Assembly: GCA_016206675.1 (NCBI GenBank)
Contig: JACQRD010000080.1
Coordinates: forward strand, 1-40,261
DNA from: Candidatus Omnitrophota bacterium
Lineage (GTDB): Bacteria; Omnitrophota; Gorgyraeia; Aquiviventales; Aquiviventaceae
Length of the DNA: 40,261 nucleotides
Reading direction: 5' to 3'
Part shown: piece by piece, positions 1-7,342 of the stretch
Layout: every line of letters begins with the position of its first letter
How positions within the stretch are numbered: the first letter of the stretch is position 1
The notes under the pieces: generated by a model
The model's input: only the letters and a program-made list of their open reading frames with translations
The model's database searches: none
What the model was told of the DNA's origin: nothing
Program-made: the position numbers and the translations under genes

Positions 1-879
1 CAGCCCCGAGATCAGGCGCCCCTGGCGCACCGCCTCGCGCATGCCGGAAAGCCGCCGGCCTGAGGCTTCCATCTCGACAAACTCGGCCAGCTCGGAGTCC
101 CGGTACAACAGATCCACCGCCGTGCCCTTCGCGACGAACTGCCCCCGCACCAGCCGCACCTCGCGCGGATCCGTCACCACCGCCCGCAGCCCGCGCCCAT
201 TGAGGTAGCCGGCCAGCTCCTGAAACTCATCGGTGCCGGTGGTAAAGTCGGTGTTTTCGATGAGGGCGATGCCGCGCACCGGCCGGCCCAGCCGCCGCGA
301 GACGGCGTGCAGCTCATCGACCAGCAGCTGGCGCGGATCCGGCGTGGCCGTGATCGCATGGCCGGGCAGCGCGCGCGCGAGCACGTCGCCGACCACATCC
401 AGGGTGATCGAGCAGGCGGTGGGCGCGTAGTGCACGCCGCCTACGCCCACCGCGTTGGGCTCCAGCATGCGGAAGGCGTCCCGCCAGTTGGCATGATCGT
501 AGATGGCGGTGGAGTCGAGCCGGCCGATCACCCCCAGCGGGCGGCTGCGCGGATGGACAGCCAGCTGCATCCACGCGGCGCGCGCCGGCTCGAAGGGGAT
601 GACCGCCCGCACCGATGGCACCCGGGCATAGAGGTGCGAGAGCCGCAAGAGCGCTTCCGCCAGCTGCTGGGCCATCTGGTGGAAGGTATAGAGCTGCGTG
701 CTGGTCAGCAGCCAGGGCTTCAGCGCGATGTCGATGGTCCGCGCGCGGCCGGCGTCGTCGACGTACGACATGCCGCGCACCTCGGCCAGCGCGCGGACGG
801 CATGCAGGCGGTCGTGCAGCGAGCGGCGGCTGACAGCGTGGAACGCGCGATCGAGCGTCGCGCGCGGGATGTAGTCCAT
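1..879 (-). CDS. ATP-grasp-fold amidoligase-like protein (glutathionylspermidine-synthase-like or circularly permuted ATP-grasp). Only the N-terminal 293 codons are present; the 3' end lies beyond the window edge.
   Basis: Hand translation of the minus strand from ATG 879-877 gives MDYIPRATLDRAFHAVSRRSLHDRLHAVRALAEVRGMSYVDDAGRARTIDIALKPW... with no stop down to position 1 and strongly GC-biased third positions. It is absent from the ORF track because it is open at the edge. GRLDS...MLEPNA resembles the R-x-D...LE-x-N signature of pre-ATP-grasp enzymes. The function call is tentative. Confidence 0.45.
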   Translation of the reverse strand, partial: MDYIPRATLDRAFHAVSRRSLHDRLHAVRALAEVRGMSYVDDAGRARTIDIALKPWLLTSTQLYTFHQMAQQLAEALLRLSHLYARVPSVRAVIPFEPARAAWMQLAVHPRSRPLGVIGRLDSTAIYDHANWRDAFRMLEPNAVGVGGVHYAPTACSITLDVVGDVLARALPGHAITATPDPRQLLVDELHAVSRRLGRPVRGIALIENTDFTTGTDEFQELAGYLNGRGLRAVVTDPREVRLVRGQFVAKGTAVDLLYRDSELAEFVEMEASGRRLSGMREAVRQGRLISGL

Positions 880-927
880 GGGAGTTCATTCTATACTAGA
901 CGAAACGCGGCGTCCAAGCTACCTGGT

Positions 928-1065
928 CCGTTTGTCGGTGACGTTCATCGGTGACGTAGCCCGTGTCGGTGTTCGGTAACGTTGTTCGTCTTACGTCTTT
1001 GACGAATCACGTAACCGACTGACGAAGCGGGCTACGTTACCGACAGACGAATGACGTCACCGAAC
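928..1065. repeat. Imperfect ~138-bp palindromic element of the GGTGACG/CGTCACC word family (copy 1), in the divergent region upstream of tldD.
   Basis: Left arm 928-990, loop 991-1000, right arm 1001-1065. The arms are about 80% complementary. It contains the TGACGTCA palindrome at 1051-1058 and is homologous to 2581-2709. Confidence 0.85.
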
Positions 1066-1094
1066 TATGGAGGACAACCAGAATTCCCTATGCT

Positions 1095-2576
1095 ATGATT
1101 CGTCAAACTTTCATGGCCGACCGCTCGGTGCCTCGCGACCTCATCGAGTCGCTCATCCGCGATTTGAAACGGCGCGGCGTCGATTACGCCGACGTCCGCT
1201 GGGAGCGGTTGCTCCACGAACATCTCCTCGCCGAGCAGGGCTGCGTGACCACGGTCAGCCTCTCTGAAAGCGCCGGCATCGGCATCCGGGTGCTCCTGAA
1301 GGGCTCGTGGGGCTTCGCCTCCACCCCGCATGTGACCAAGGCACGCCTGGCGCGGACGGTGGCTGACGCCATCGACCTGGCCAGAGCCTCCGCCGCGGTC
1401 AATAAGCAGCCGCGGCCCCTTGCTCCGGTGGAGCCGGTGAAGGCGCGGCATCGCTCGCCGTGCGCGGTCGATCCCTTCGACGTGCCCCTCTCAAAGAAGC
1501 TCGACTACCTCTTATGGGCCAACCAGGCGCTGTTGGGGCCGGATGCGATCCGTCGGGCGAGCAGCCATATGGACTTCTTCAAGCGGCGCAAGCTGTTCTG
1601 CTCAACCGACGGCGCGCAGATCGAGCAGGTGATCGTCGAAAGCGGGGCGGGCCTTGAAGTCGTCGCGCAAAGCGGCGGCGAAGTGCAAACCCGGTCGTTC
1701 CCGAATTCGCACCACGGGGCGCTGGCGCAGGCCGGCTTCGAGTATGTGAAGCGGCTGGACTTGGTGGGGGGTGCCTCGACGGCGCGGGAAGAAGCCCTGC
1801 ACCTGTTGCGCGCCAAGCCGCCGCGCGCCGGCCAGACCACGGTGATCCTGCATCCCACCCAAGTCGTCATGCAACTGCACGAATCGTGCGGCCATCCGGC
1901 GGAGCTGGATCGCGTGCTCGGGCAGGAACTGAGCTACGCCGGCGGCAGCTTCCTCATCCCGGAGGCGCTCAACCGCCTCCAGTACGGCTCCCGCCTGGTG
2001 AACATCATTGCCGATGCCACGGTCGCCAGCGGCGTGGGCAGCTTCGGTTTTGACGACGAAGGCGTGCCGGCGCGGCGGGTCGAGCTGGTGCGTGACGGCC
2101 GGTTTGTCGGCTACCTCAGCTCGCGGGAGTCGGCCGCGCGGCTGAAGCTGCCCTCTAGCGGCGGCATGATGCGGGCGGATGGCTGGAGCGTGCCGCCGCT
2201 GATCCGCATGACCAACGTCAATCTCGAGCCCGGCGAGGGCACGCTGGAGGAGCTGATGCGCAACGTCAAGCGCGGCTACCTACTGTCGACCAACAAGAGC
2301 TGGTCCATCGACGACCGGCGGCTCAACTTCCAGTTCACGACGGAAATCGGCTGGGAGATCCTCGAGGGGCGCCTGGGGGCGATCGTCAAGAATCCCCTGT
2401 ATACGGGGATGACCCCGCAGTTTTGGGGCCGCTGCACCGGCGTGGGACGGCGCGAGGACTGGCAGCTGTGGGGCGTGCCGAATTGCGCCAAAGGCGAACC
2501 GATGCAATTGATGCACGTCGGCCACGGAGCGCCGTATGCCCGTTTCGATCACGTGAGCGTTGCTGCGGCAACATGA
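1095..2576 (+). CDS. tldD: Metalloprotease TldD
   Basis: 493-aa ORF with the HESCGH metal-binding motif and TldD/PmbA-family similarity throughout. An alternative start exists at ATG 1113. Confidence 0.93.
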   Translation: MIRQTFMADRSVPRDLIESLIRDLKRRGVDYADVRWERLLHEHLLAEQGCVTTVSLSESAGIGIRVLLKGSWGFASTPHVTKARLARTVADAIDLARASAAVNKQPRPLAPVEPVKARHRSPCAVDPFDVPLSKKLDYLLWANQALLGPDAIRRASSHMDFFKRRKLFCSTDGAQIEQVIVESGAGLEVVAQSGGEVQTRSFPNSHHGALAQAGFEYVKRLDLVGGASTAREEALHLLRAKPPRAGQTTVILHPTQVVMQLHESCGHPAELDRVLGQELSYAGGSFLIPEALNRLQYGSRLVNIIADATVASGVGSFGFDDEGVPARRVELVRDGRFVGYLSSRESAARLKLPSSGGMMRADGWSVPPLIRMTNVNLEPGEGTLEELMRNVKRGYLLSTNKSWSIDDRRLNFQFTTEIGWEILEGRLGAIVKNPLYTGMTPQFWGRCTGVGRREDWQLWGVPNCAKGEPMQLMHVGHGAPYARFDHVSVAAAT

Positions 2577-2580
2577 TCTC

Positions 2581-2709
2581 CGGTGACGTCATTCGTTTGT
2601 CGGTGACGTGGCCCGTTTCGTCCGTCGGTGACGTTTGTCGTCACAGACGAACGACGTCACCGAACAACGACACGGGCAACGTCACCGATTACCGTCACCG
2701 ACACACGAC
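2581..2709. repeat. Imperfect ~129-bp palindromic element of the GGTGACG/CGTCACC word family (copy 2), between tldD and pmbA.
   Basis: Left arm 2581-2642, 3-nt loop, right arm 2646-2709. TGACGTCA lies at 2583-2590. The sequence is clearly related to 928-1065 (shared tcggtgacgt..atcggtgacgt.gcccgtgtcg). Confidence 0.85.
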
Positions 2710-2711
2710 CA

Positions 2712-4061
2712 ATGATTGGTGAAAACAAGCTCTTAACGACCTTGGCGGGCCTCGTCAAGCGGACAAAGGGGGACGGGGTCAGCGTGTGCGCGCATGCGAA
2801 GACGCGGCGCGTCTCCCGCTTCGCCTACGAAGCCATCCATCAGGATCTGCGGCAGGAGAGCATGGGGGTCACCGTCAAGGTGATCCACAACCGCCGCATC
2901 GGGATCGCCGGCGCAGAGACGCTGGAGGCGGCCAGCTTGAACCGCTGCGCGCGCGCCGCGGCGACCATCGCCCGCCACGCTCCGCAACAGCGTGACCTGC
3001 CGGCACTGCCGCAGCGCTTCCGCACCAGGGACCGGGCGGATTATGCCCCCGCAACGGCGCGCTTGCCAGCGACGGAGTGCGTGGCGGCGCTGAAAGCGCT
3101 CTTGCGCATCTGCCAGGGAGCCGGCGCCGCGCTGGCCGGCTCCCTGGTCACCGGCGAGGATGAGTTCGCGGTGGTCAACTGCGCTGGCGTGGCCTGCTAT
3201 GCCGCCTCGACGGTGGCCAGCGCGAAGCTGGTGACGATGTACCGGAGGTTGTCGGGCTACGCCAGCGGCACGCACCATGACATAGCACAGTTGGATCTGG
3301 AAGCGCTGCTGAAGCGCTCGCTCGCGCAATCGCTCAGCCAGGTCGAGCCGGTCACGCTGCCATTGGGCACCTACGAGGTGATCCTCGAGCCTGAAGCCGT
3401 AGCTGAACTGGTGAGCTGGCTGGGCTACACGGCCTTCGGGGCCAAGGCGGTTGAGGAGCGCTCCAGCTGCCTGGCGGGCCGCCTGGGCGATCAACTCATG
3501 GATCGGCGGATCACCATCTACGATGACGGCAACGACCCCGAGATGCTGCGCATGCCGTTCGACTTCGAGGGCACGCCGAAGCAGCGCGTCACACTCATCG
3601 ACAGCGGCCGGGCCGCCGGCATCGTGTATGATACGCTGTATGGGATGCGCTTCGGCCGTCCCTCCACCGGCCACGGGATGCCGCCGGGCGAAACGGAGGG
3701 CCCGCTGCCGCTGCATCTGGGCATGGCACCCGGAGCGGCCACGATGGAGGAGCTCCTGCGCGCCTGCCCGCGCGGCGTGCTGATTCCGCGGTTTCACTAC
3801 GTCAACGGCCTGCTCAACCCGCGGGAGGCGGTGATGACCGGGCTCACACGGGAGGGCGCGTGGCTCATCGAGGAAGGGCGGCTGACGCGCCCGGTGACGA
3901 CGATGCGCTTCACCCAAAGCATGCTGGAAGCGTTCAGCCATGTGGCCGGCGTCGGCAAGACGCGCGGCCTGATCGCTGACCCCAGCCAAGAGCTGGGTTG
4001 TGCCGTCGTGCCCGCGTTGCATCTCAAGAAATTTGCCTTCACAGGCAGGAGCGAACCGTGA
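2712..4061 (+). CDS. pmbA: Metalloprotease PmbA/TldE
   Basis: TldD/PmbA family ORF. The track ORF starts at GTG 2628, but its first 28 codons are only the translated palindromic element, so ATG 2712 (MIGENKLLTTLAGLVKR) is preferred. Confidence 0.9.
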   Translation: MIGENKLLTTLAGLVKRTKGDGVSVCAHAKTRRVSRFAYEAIHQDLRQESMGVTVKVIHNRRIGIAGAETLEAASLNRCARAAATIARHAPQQRDLPALPQRFRTRDRADYAPATARLPATECVAALKALLRICQGAGAALAGSLVTGEDEFAVVNCAGVACYAASTVASAKLVTMYRRLSGYASGTHHDIAQLDLEALLKRSLAQSLSQVEPVTLPLGTYEVILEPEAVAELVSWLGYTAFGAKAVEERSSCLAGRLGDQLMDRRITIYDDGNDPEMLRMPFDFEGTPKQRVTLIDSGRAAGIVYDTLYGMRFGRPSTGHGMPPGETEGPLPLHLGMAPGAATMEELLRACPRGVLIPRFHYVNGLLNPREAVMTGLTREGAWLIEEGRLTRPVTTMRFTQSMLEAFSHVAGVGKTRGLIADPSQELGCAVVPALHLKKFAFTGRSEP

Positions 4062-5269
4062 AAGGCCGCCTCGCTAGCACTCAGCACACAGCACACAGCA
4101 CACAGTGTTTCTGGTTTTTGCTGTCTGCTGTCTGCTGTCTGCTGTCTGCTGACGGATGTTCGACGCTCGTCCATATGCATCCAGCCGACCGGGCTTCGGC
4201 CGCCTCACAGCAGGCTGAGCCTCCGCTCGAGGATGGCTACACCGACTATGCGGGCATCATTCACGTCCACACCACCTACTCGCACGACGCCCATGGCCGG
4301 TTTGAGGACGTGGTGCGGGTGGCCAACGCCCAGCGGCTGGACTACGTCATCCTCACCGAGCACAACAATCTCCATCCCTTGCGCGACGGCCTGCAAGGAT
4401 GGCACGGGGCCACCCTCGTGCTTGTCGGCATGGAGATCTCCGCGCGCGACGGCCATTACCTGGCCCTGAACGTCACGCAGGAGATTAACCGCGACGCACT
4501 GACCACCCAACAGGTCATCGATGAAGTGGCGCGGCAAGGCGGGTTGGGGTTCATCGCCCACCCCTACTTCAAGCACGGCCGCTGGCGCAACTGGAACGTC
4601 CATGGCTTTACGGGGGTGGAAGCCTACAATGTGGCGCACGACACGCTGGATGAAAACCGGATGCGGCTGGTGCTCTGGACGCTGACGACGCCGGCCGAGC
4701 CGTTTTACTACTCGATTCTGGATAGGCCGTACGATCCCTTGGCGAAGTGGGACGAGCTGATCCGCCAGCACGGCCACGTGGTGGGCATCGGCTCCGCGGA
4801 TGCGCATGAGTTCCATCTGATGGGCATTAAGTTCGCCTCGTATGACGACGTCTTCCAGCTGGTGCGCACCCATGTCTTGTTGCCGGAGCCACCATTGACA
4901 GCGGAGAAGGTCTACTCCGCCCTCAAGCAAGGACATGCGTTCATGTCTATCGGCTTGATCGGCAACGCCAAGGGATTCGCCTTCGTGGCGCAGAAGGATG
5001 ACCGGGTGCTTGGCGTGATGGGGGATAGCGTGGAGCTGACCGACGGGCTGCACCTGACCACGGCGCTGCCGGCTCCGGCGAACCTGACGCTGTTTCGGGG
5101 AGGCGTGCCTGTGGCCAGCTTCACGGGAACGCGCTGGCGCATGCCGGTTGATACGCCGGGTGTCTACCGCGTCGAGGCCATGCGCCATGGCAAGCCATGG
5201 ATCTTCTCGAATCCCATCTACGTGCGCCCGGCGGCGGCGATCGTCGATAGCCCGACGCCGCATGATTAG
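4058..5269 (+). CDS. Exported PHP-domain metal-dependent phosphoesterase-like protein
   Basis: IIHVHTTYSHD and ILTEHN motifs are typical of the PHP fold. GTG 4058 overlaps the pmbA stop as GTGA and gives the signal-peptide-like N-terminus MKGRLASTQHTAHSTQCFWFLLSAVCCLLSADGC. The track start is ATG 3998. Confidence 0.8.
   Translation: MKGRLASTQHTAHSTQCFWFLLSAVCCLLSADGCSTLVHMHPADRASAASQQAEPPLEDGYTDYAGIIHVHTTYSHDAHGRFEDVVRVANAQRLDYVILTEHNNLHPLRDGLQGWHGATLVLVGMEISARDGHYLALNVTQEINRDALTTQQVIDEVARQGGLGFIAHPYFKHGRWRNWNVHGFTGVEAYNVAHDTLDENRMRLVLWTLTTPAEPFYYSILDRPYDPLAKWDELIRQHGHVVGIGSADAHEFHLMGIKFASYDDVFQLVRTHVLLPEPPLTAEKVYSALKQGHAFMSIGLIGNAKGFAFVAQKDDRVLGVMGDSVELTDGLHLTTALPAPANLTLFRGGVPVASFTGTRWRMPVDTPGVYRVEAMRHGKPWIFSNPIYVRPAAAIVDSPTPHD
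4076..4151 (+). repeat. Heptamer-periodic palindromic element of the CAGCASA/YTGTSTG family, translated as the signal peptide of the PHP protein.
   Basis: Arm 4076-4105 is (cagcaca)n, core 4106-4119 is tgtttctggttttt, and arm 4120-4151 is (gctgtct)n. Confidence 0.9.
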
Positions 5270-6272
5270 CAGACAGCAAACAGCAGACAGCAGACAGTAT
5301 TTTTGGCTCTTACTGTGTGCTGTGTGCTGTGTGCTGACGGCTATCCAAGGATGCGCCTATGCGCCATTACGGGAGGGCGCAACTCACACGCTGAAGGCGC
5401 TGCCCCAAGAACTTGTCGTGTACTACGACTACCCCGCGCACCGCCACGAGGCGGTTTCCCTGCTGATTCGGCATCACGCCGCCTTCAGCGAATACCTCGT
5501 GCGATTTCCCCTCTCTCTTCCTGCGGGCCTTAAGCCGACAGAGCCCGTGGTGGAGTTTGAATGGTTTGAATCCCATGCCGTGGGCCGGCGGGGTGCGATC
5601 GTGTTCAACCCGATCCTCGGCGGCGACTACCCGGTGGAGCGGGGCGTCTGCCGCACCTTCGCGCGGCAGGGATGGCACGTGGCACTGGTGCATCGCAAAA
5701 CCCTGAAGGTGTCTCCGGAGCATGAGGTCGCCCATCTGGAGCGGCTGCTGCGCCAGGGGATGGTGCGCATCCGCCAGGTGACGGATTGGATGACGGCGCA
5801 TGAGCGGGTGGATGCCGCGCGGCTGGGCAGTTTCGGCATCAGCATGGGAGGCATCGTCACCGTGATGGCCGCGGCGGTGGAGCCGCGCCTGCACGCGCAC
5901 GTCATCGCGCTGGCTGGGGGACCGCTCGCTGACATCCTCACCTCCTCACCCGACCGGATGATTCGCCAACCCCGCGGCTTGTACCTGGCGCGCAACCGGA
6001 TGGACCTGGAGACGATGGAACGCCTCCTGCGAGAGGCGGTCCACACCGATCCCATCCGCTTAGCCCCCTACGTCGATCGGCGGCGCGTCTTCATGGTGAT
6101 CGCGCTGGCGGATCGCACCATCGGCCGCGCCAACGCCCTGCGTTTGTGGCGGGCGCTGGGCCGCCCGCAAGCCGTGTTTCTGCCGTTCGGGCACTATACG
6201 GCCTACCTCTCTCTGCCCTATCTCCAATACGCCGGTCTGCGCTTCTTGAACGAGCAGCTCGCGAGTCCGTAG
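5262..6272 (+). CDS. Exported alpha/beta-fold hydrolase
   Basis: G-x-S-x-G nucleophile elbow (FGISMGG). ATG 5262 overlaps the upstream stop (ATGATTAG). The N-terminus MISRQQTADSRQYFWLLLCAVCCVLTAIQGC looks like a signal peptide, possibly with a lipobox Cys. The track ORF starts at 5148. Confidence 0.8.
   Translation: MISRQQTADSRQYFWLLLCAVCCVLTAIQGCAYAPLREGATHTLKALPQELVVYYDYPAHRHEAVSLLIRHHAAFSEYLVRFPLSLPAGLKPTEPVVEFEWFESHAVGRRGAIVFNPILGGDYPVERGVCRTFARQGWHVALVHRKTLKVSPEHEVAHLERLLRQGMVRIRQVTDWMTAHERVDAARLGSFGISMGGIVTVMAAAVEPRLHAHVIALAGGPLADILTSSPDRMIRQPRGLYLARNRMDLETMERLLREAVHTDPIRLAPYVDRRRVFMVIALADRTIGRANALRLWRALGRPQAVFLPFGHYTAYLSLPYLQYAGLRFLNEQLASP
5268..5336 (+). repeat. Heptamer-periodic palindromic element of the CAGCASA/YTGTSTG family, translated as the hydrolase signal peptide.
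   Basis: Arm 5268-5297 is (cagcaga)n, core 5298-5312 is tatttttggctctta, and arm 5313-5336 is (ctgtgtg)n. Confidence 0.9.
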
Positions 6273-6337
6273 TCCGAAGTCCGTAGACCGTAGCCAAACC
6301 GCTTTCGCTACGGACTACCGACTACAGACTATGGACT
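6263..6337. repeat. Heptamer-periodic palindromic element of the GTCCGTA word family, between the hydrolase gene and ispH.
   Basis: Arm 6265-6294 (gtccgtagtccgaagtccgtagaccgtagc) pairs with arm 6307-6336 at 25 of 30 positions. The hydrolase stop TAG 6270-6272 lies inside the first word. Confidence 0.85.
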
Positions 6338-6361
6338 AATCCTGCGGTACTTCCGTATAAT
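6332..6361 (+). promoter_or_regulatory. Candidate sigma70-type promoter of ispH giving a leaderless mRNA
   Basis: TGGACT (6332-6337), 18-nt spacer, perfect TATAAT (6356-6361). The ATG at 6368 is only 6 nt after the -10 box and there is no Shine-Dalgarno sequence. Confidence 0.55.
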
Positions 6362-6367
6362 GAACAC

Positions 6368-7342
6368 ATGCCTCTGCAGCGAGTGATCTTGGCCAAACCC
6401 CGCGGCTTCTGCGCCGGCGTAGACCGCGCCATCGAGGTGGTCGAGCAGGCGCTCGAGCGCTTCCCAGGGCCTGTCTACGTAAGGAAGGAAATTGTCCACA
6501 ACCCCCACGTCGTCAACGCCCTGCGGCGCAAGGGCGCGGTTTTCGTCGATGAGCTGACGGAGGTGCCCGCGGGCGCGACGACGATCTTCAGCGCCCACGG
6601 CGTCTCGCCGGCGGTCCATGAGGCCGCCCGGCAGCGGCAGCTGCAGGTGATCGACGCCACCTGCCCGCTGGTCACCAAAGTCCATGTGGAAGCCAAGCGC
6701 TTCGCCCGCGAAGGCTCCACCATGCTGCTGATCGGCCATGCCGGCCATGAAGAGGTGGAGGGCACGATGGGCGAAGCGCCGGCCTCGATCCGGCTGATCC
6801 AGACGGTGGAGGACGCCAAGACTGTCTCCGTGCCCGATCCCGACCGAGTGGCCGTCATCACGCAGACAACGCTGAGCATGGATGACACGCGGGCCATCAT
6901 CGACGCGCTGAAGGCGCGCTTCCCCAAGCTGGTGGTCCCGGCCAAGGAGGATATCTGCTACGCCACCCAAAACCGGCAAAATGCCGTGAAGGCTCTCGCC
7001 AAGGACGCCGAGGTCATCCTGGTGATCGGGGCGAACAACAGCTCCAACTCCATCCGCCTGACGGAAGTGGCCGAAGCGGCGGGGCGGCGCGCGCATCTGA
7101 TCAACGACGCCGGCGAAATCCAGGCCGGCTGGTTCGAGGGGGTTGGGTGCGTCGGGGTGACCTCCGGCGCCTCAGCCCCCGAGCATCTCGTGCAGGAGGT
7201 GGTGGAGGCCCTCAAGCGCCTGGGGGCCACGCAGGTGGAGGAATGGGAGCTGACCCGCGAAGACGTCAGCTTCGGCCTGCCCCTCGAACTGCAGAGACTG
7301 GAAGCTGGAAGCGAGAAACCGGATCCAGCCTCCAGCCTCTAG
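6368..7342 (+). CDS. ispH: 4-hydroxy-3-methylbut-2-enyl diphosphate reductase
   Basis: LytB family with the three cluster cysteines in conserved contexts (GFCAGV, ATCPLV, DICYAT). The last ~14 codons (LEAGSEKPDPASSL) are encoded by a palindromic element. Confidence 0.95.
   Translation: MPLQRVILAKPRGFCAGVDRAIEVVEQALERFPGPVYVRKEIVHNPHVVNALRRKGAVFVDELTEVPAGATTIFSAHGVSPAVHEAARQRQLQVIDATCPLVTKVHVEAKRFAREGSTMLLIGHAGHEEVEGTMGEAPASIRLIQTVEDAKTVSVPDPDRVAVITQTTLSMDDTRAIIDALKARFPKLVVPAKEDICYATQNRQNAVKALAKDAEVILVIGANNSSNSIRLTEVAEAAGRRAHLINDAGEIQAGWFEGVGCVGVTSGASAPEHLVQEVVEALKRLGATQVEEWELTREDVSFGLPLELQRLEAGSEKPDPASSL

Noticed and set aside
307-954. ORFs 307..954 (+, 215 aa), 314..889 (-, 191 aa) and 615..833 (+) from the six-frame track.
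   Set aside because: Their translations are Arg/Ala/Gly/Pro-rich, which is typical of wrong-frame reading in high-GC DNA. A different minus-strand frame (ATG 879 to the window edge) gives a sensible, GC3-biased protein, so these are shadow ORFs.
1051-2590. TGACGTCA octamers read as CRP/cAMP-response-type sites.
   Set aside because: The octamer is embedded in the repeated CGGTGACGT word and is explained by the element itself. There is no flanking match to a CRP/FNR consensus (TGTGA-N6-TCACA or TTGAT-N4-ATCAA). Only the generic operator hypothesis is retained.
2628-2711. N-terminal extensions encoded by repeat elements:
- pmbA from GTG 2628.
- lpxI from TTG 24827 (MPRTSNPEPSAS).
- pth from 33699 (MVLGAWCLVLIWDLEFGIWNLD).
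- ispE from GTG 39285 (MLIAECCVLTQ).
   Set aside because: In each case the extra residues are simply translated repeat words, precede a conserved family N-terminus, and belong to cytoplasmic enzymes. Downstream starts are preferred.
2733-5263. Long antisense ORFs 2733..4022 (-, 429 aa) and 4205..5263 (-, 352 aa), opposite pmbA and the PHP gene.
   Set aside because: Low-complexity Arg/Ala/Gly-rich products with no recognisable motifs. The plus-strand partners carry clear family motifs. This is the classic high-GC antisense open frame.
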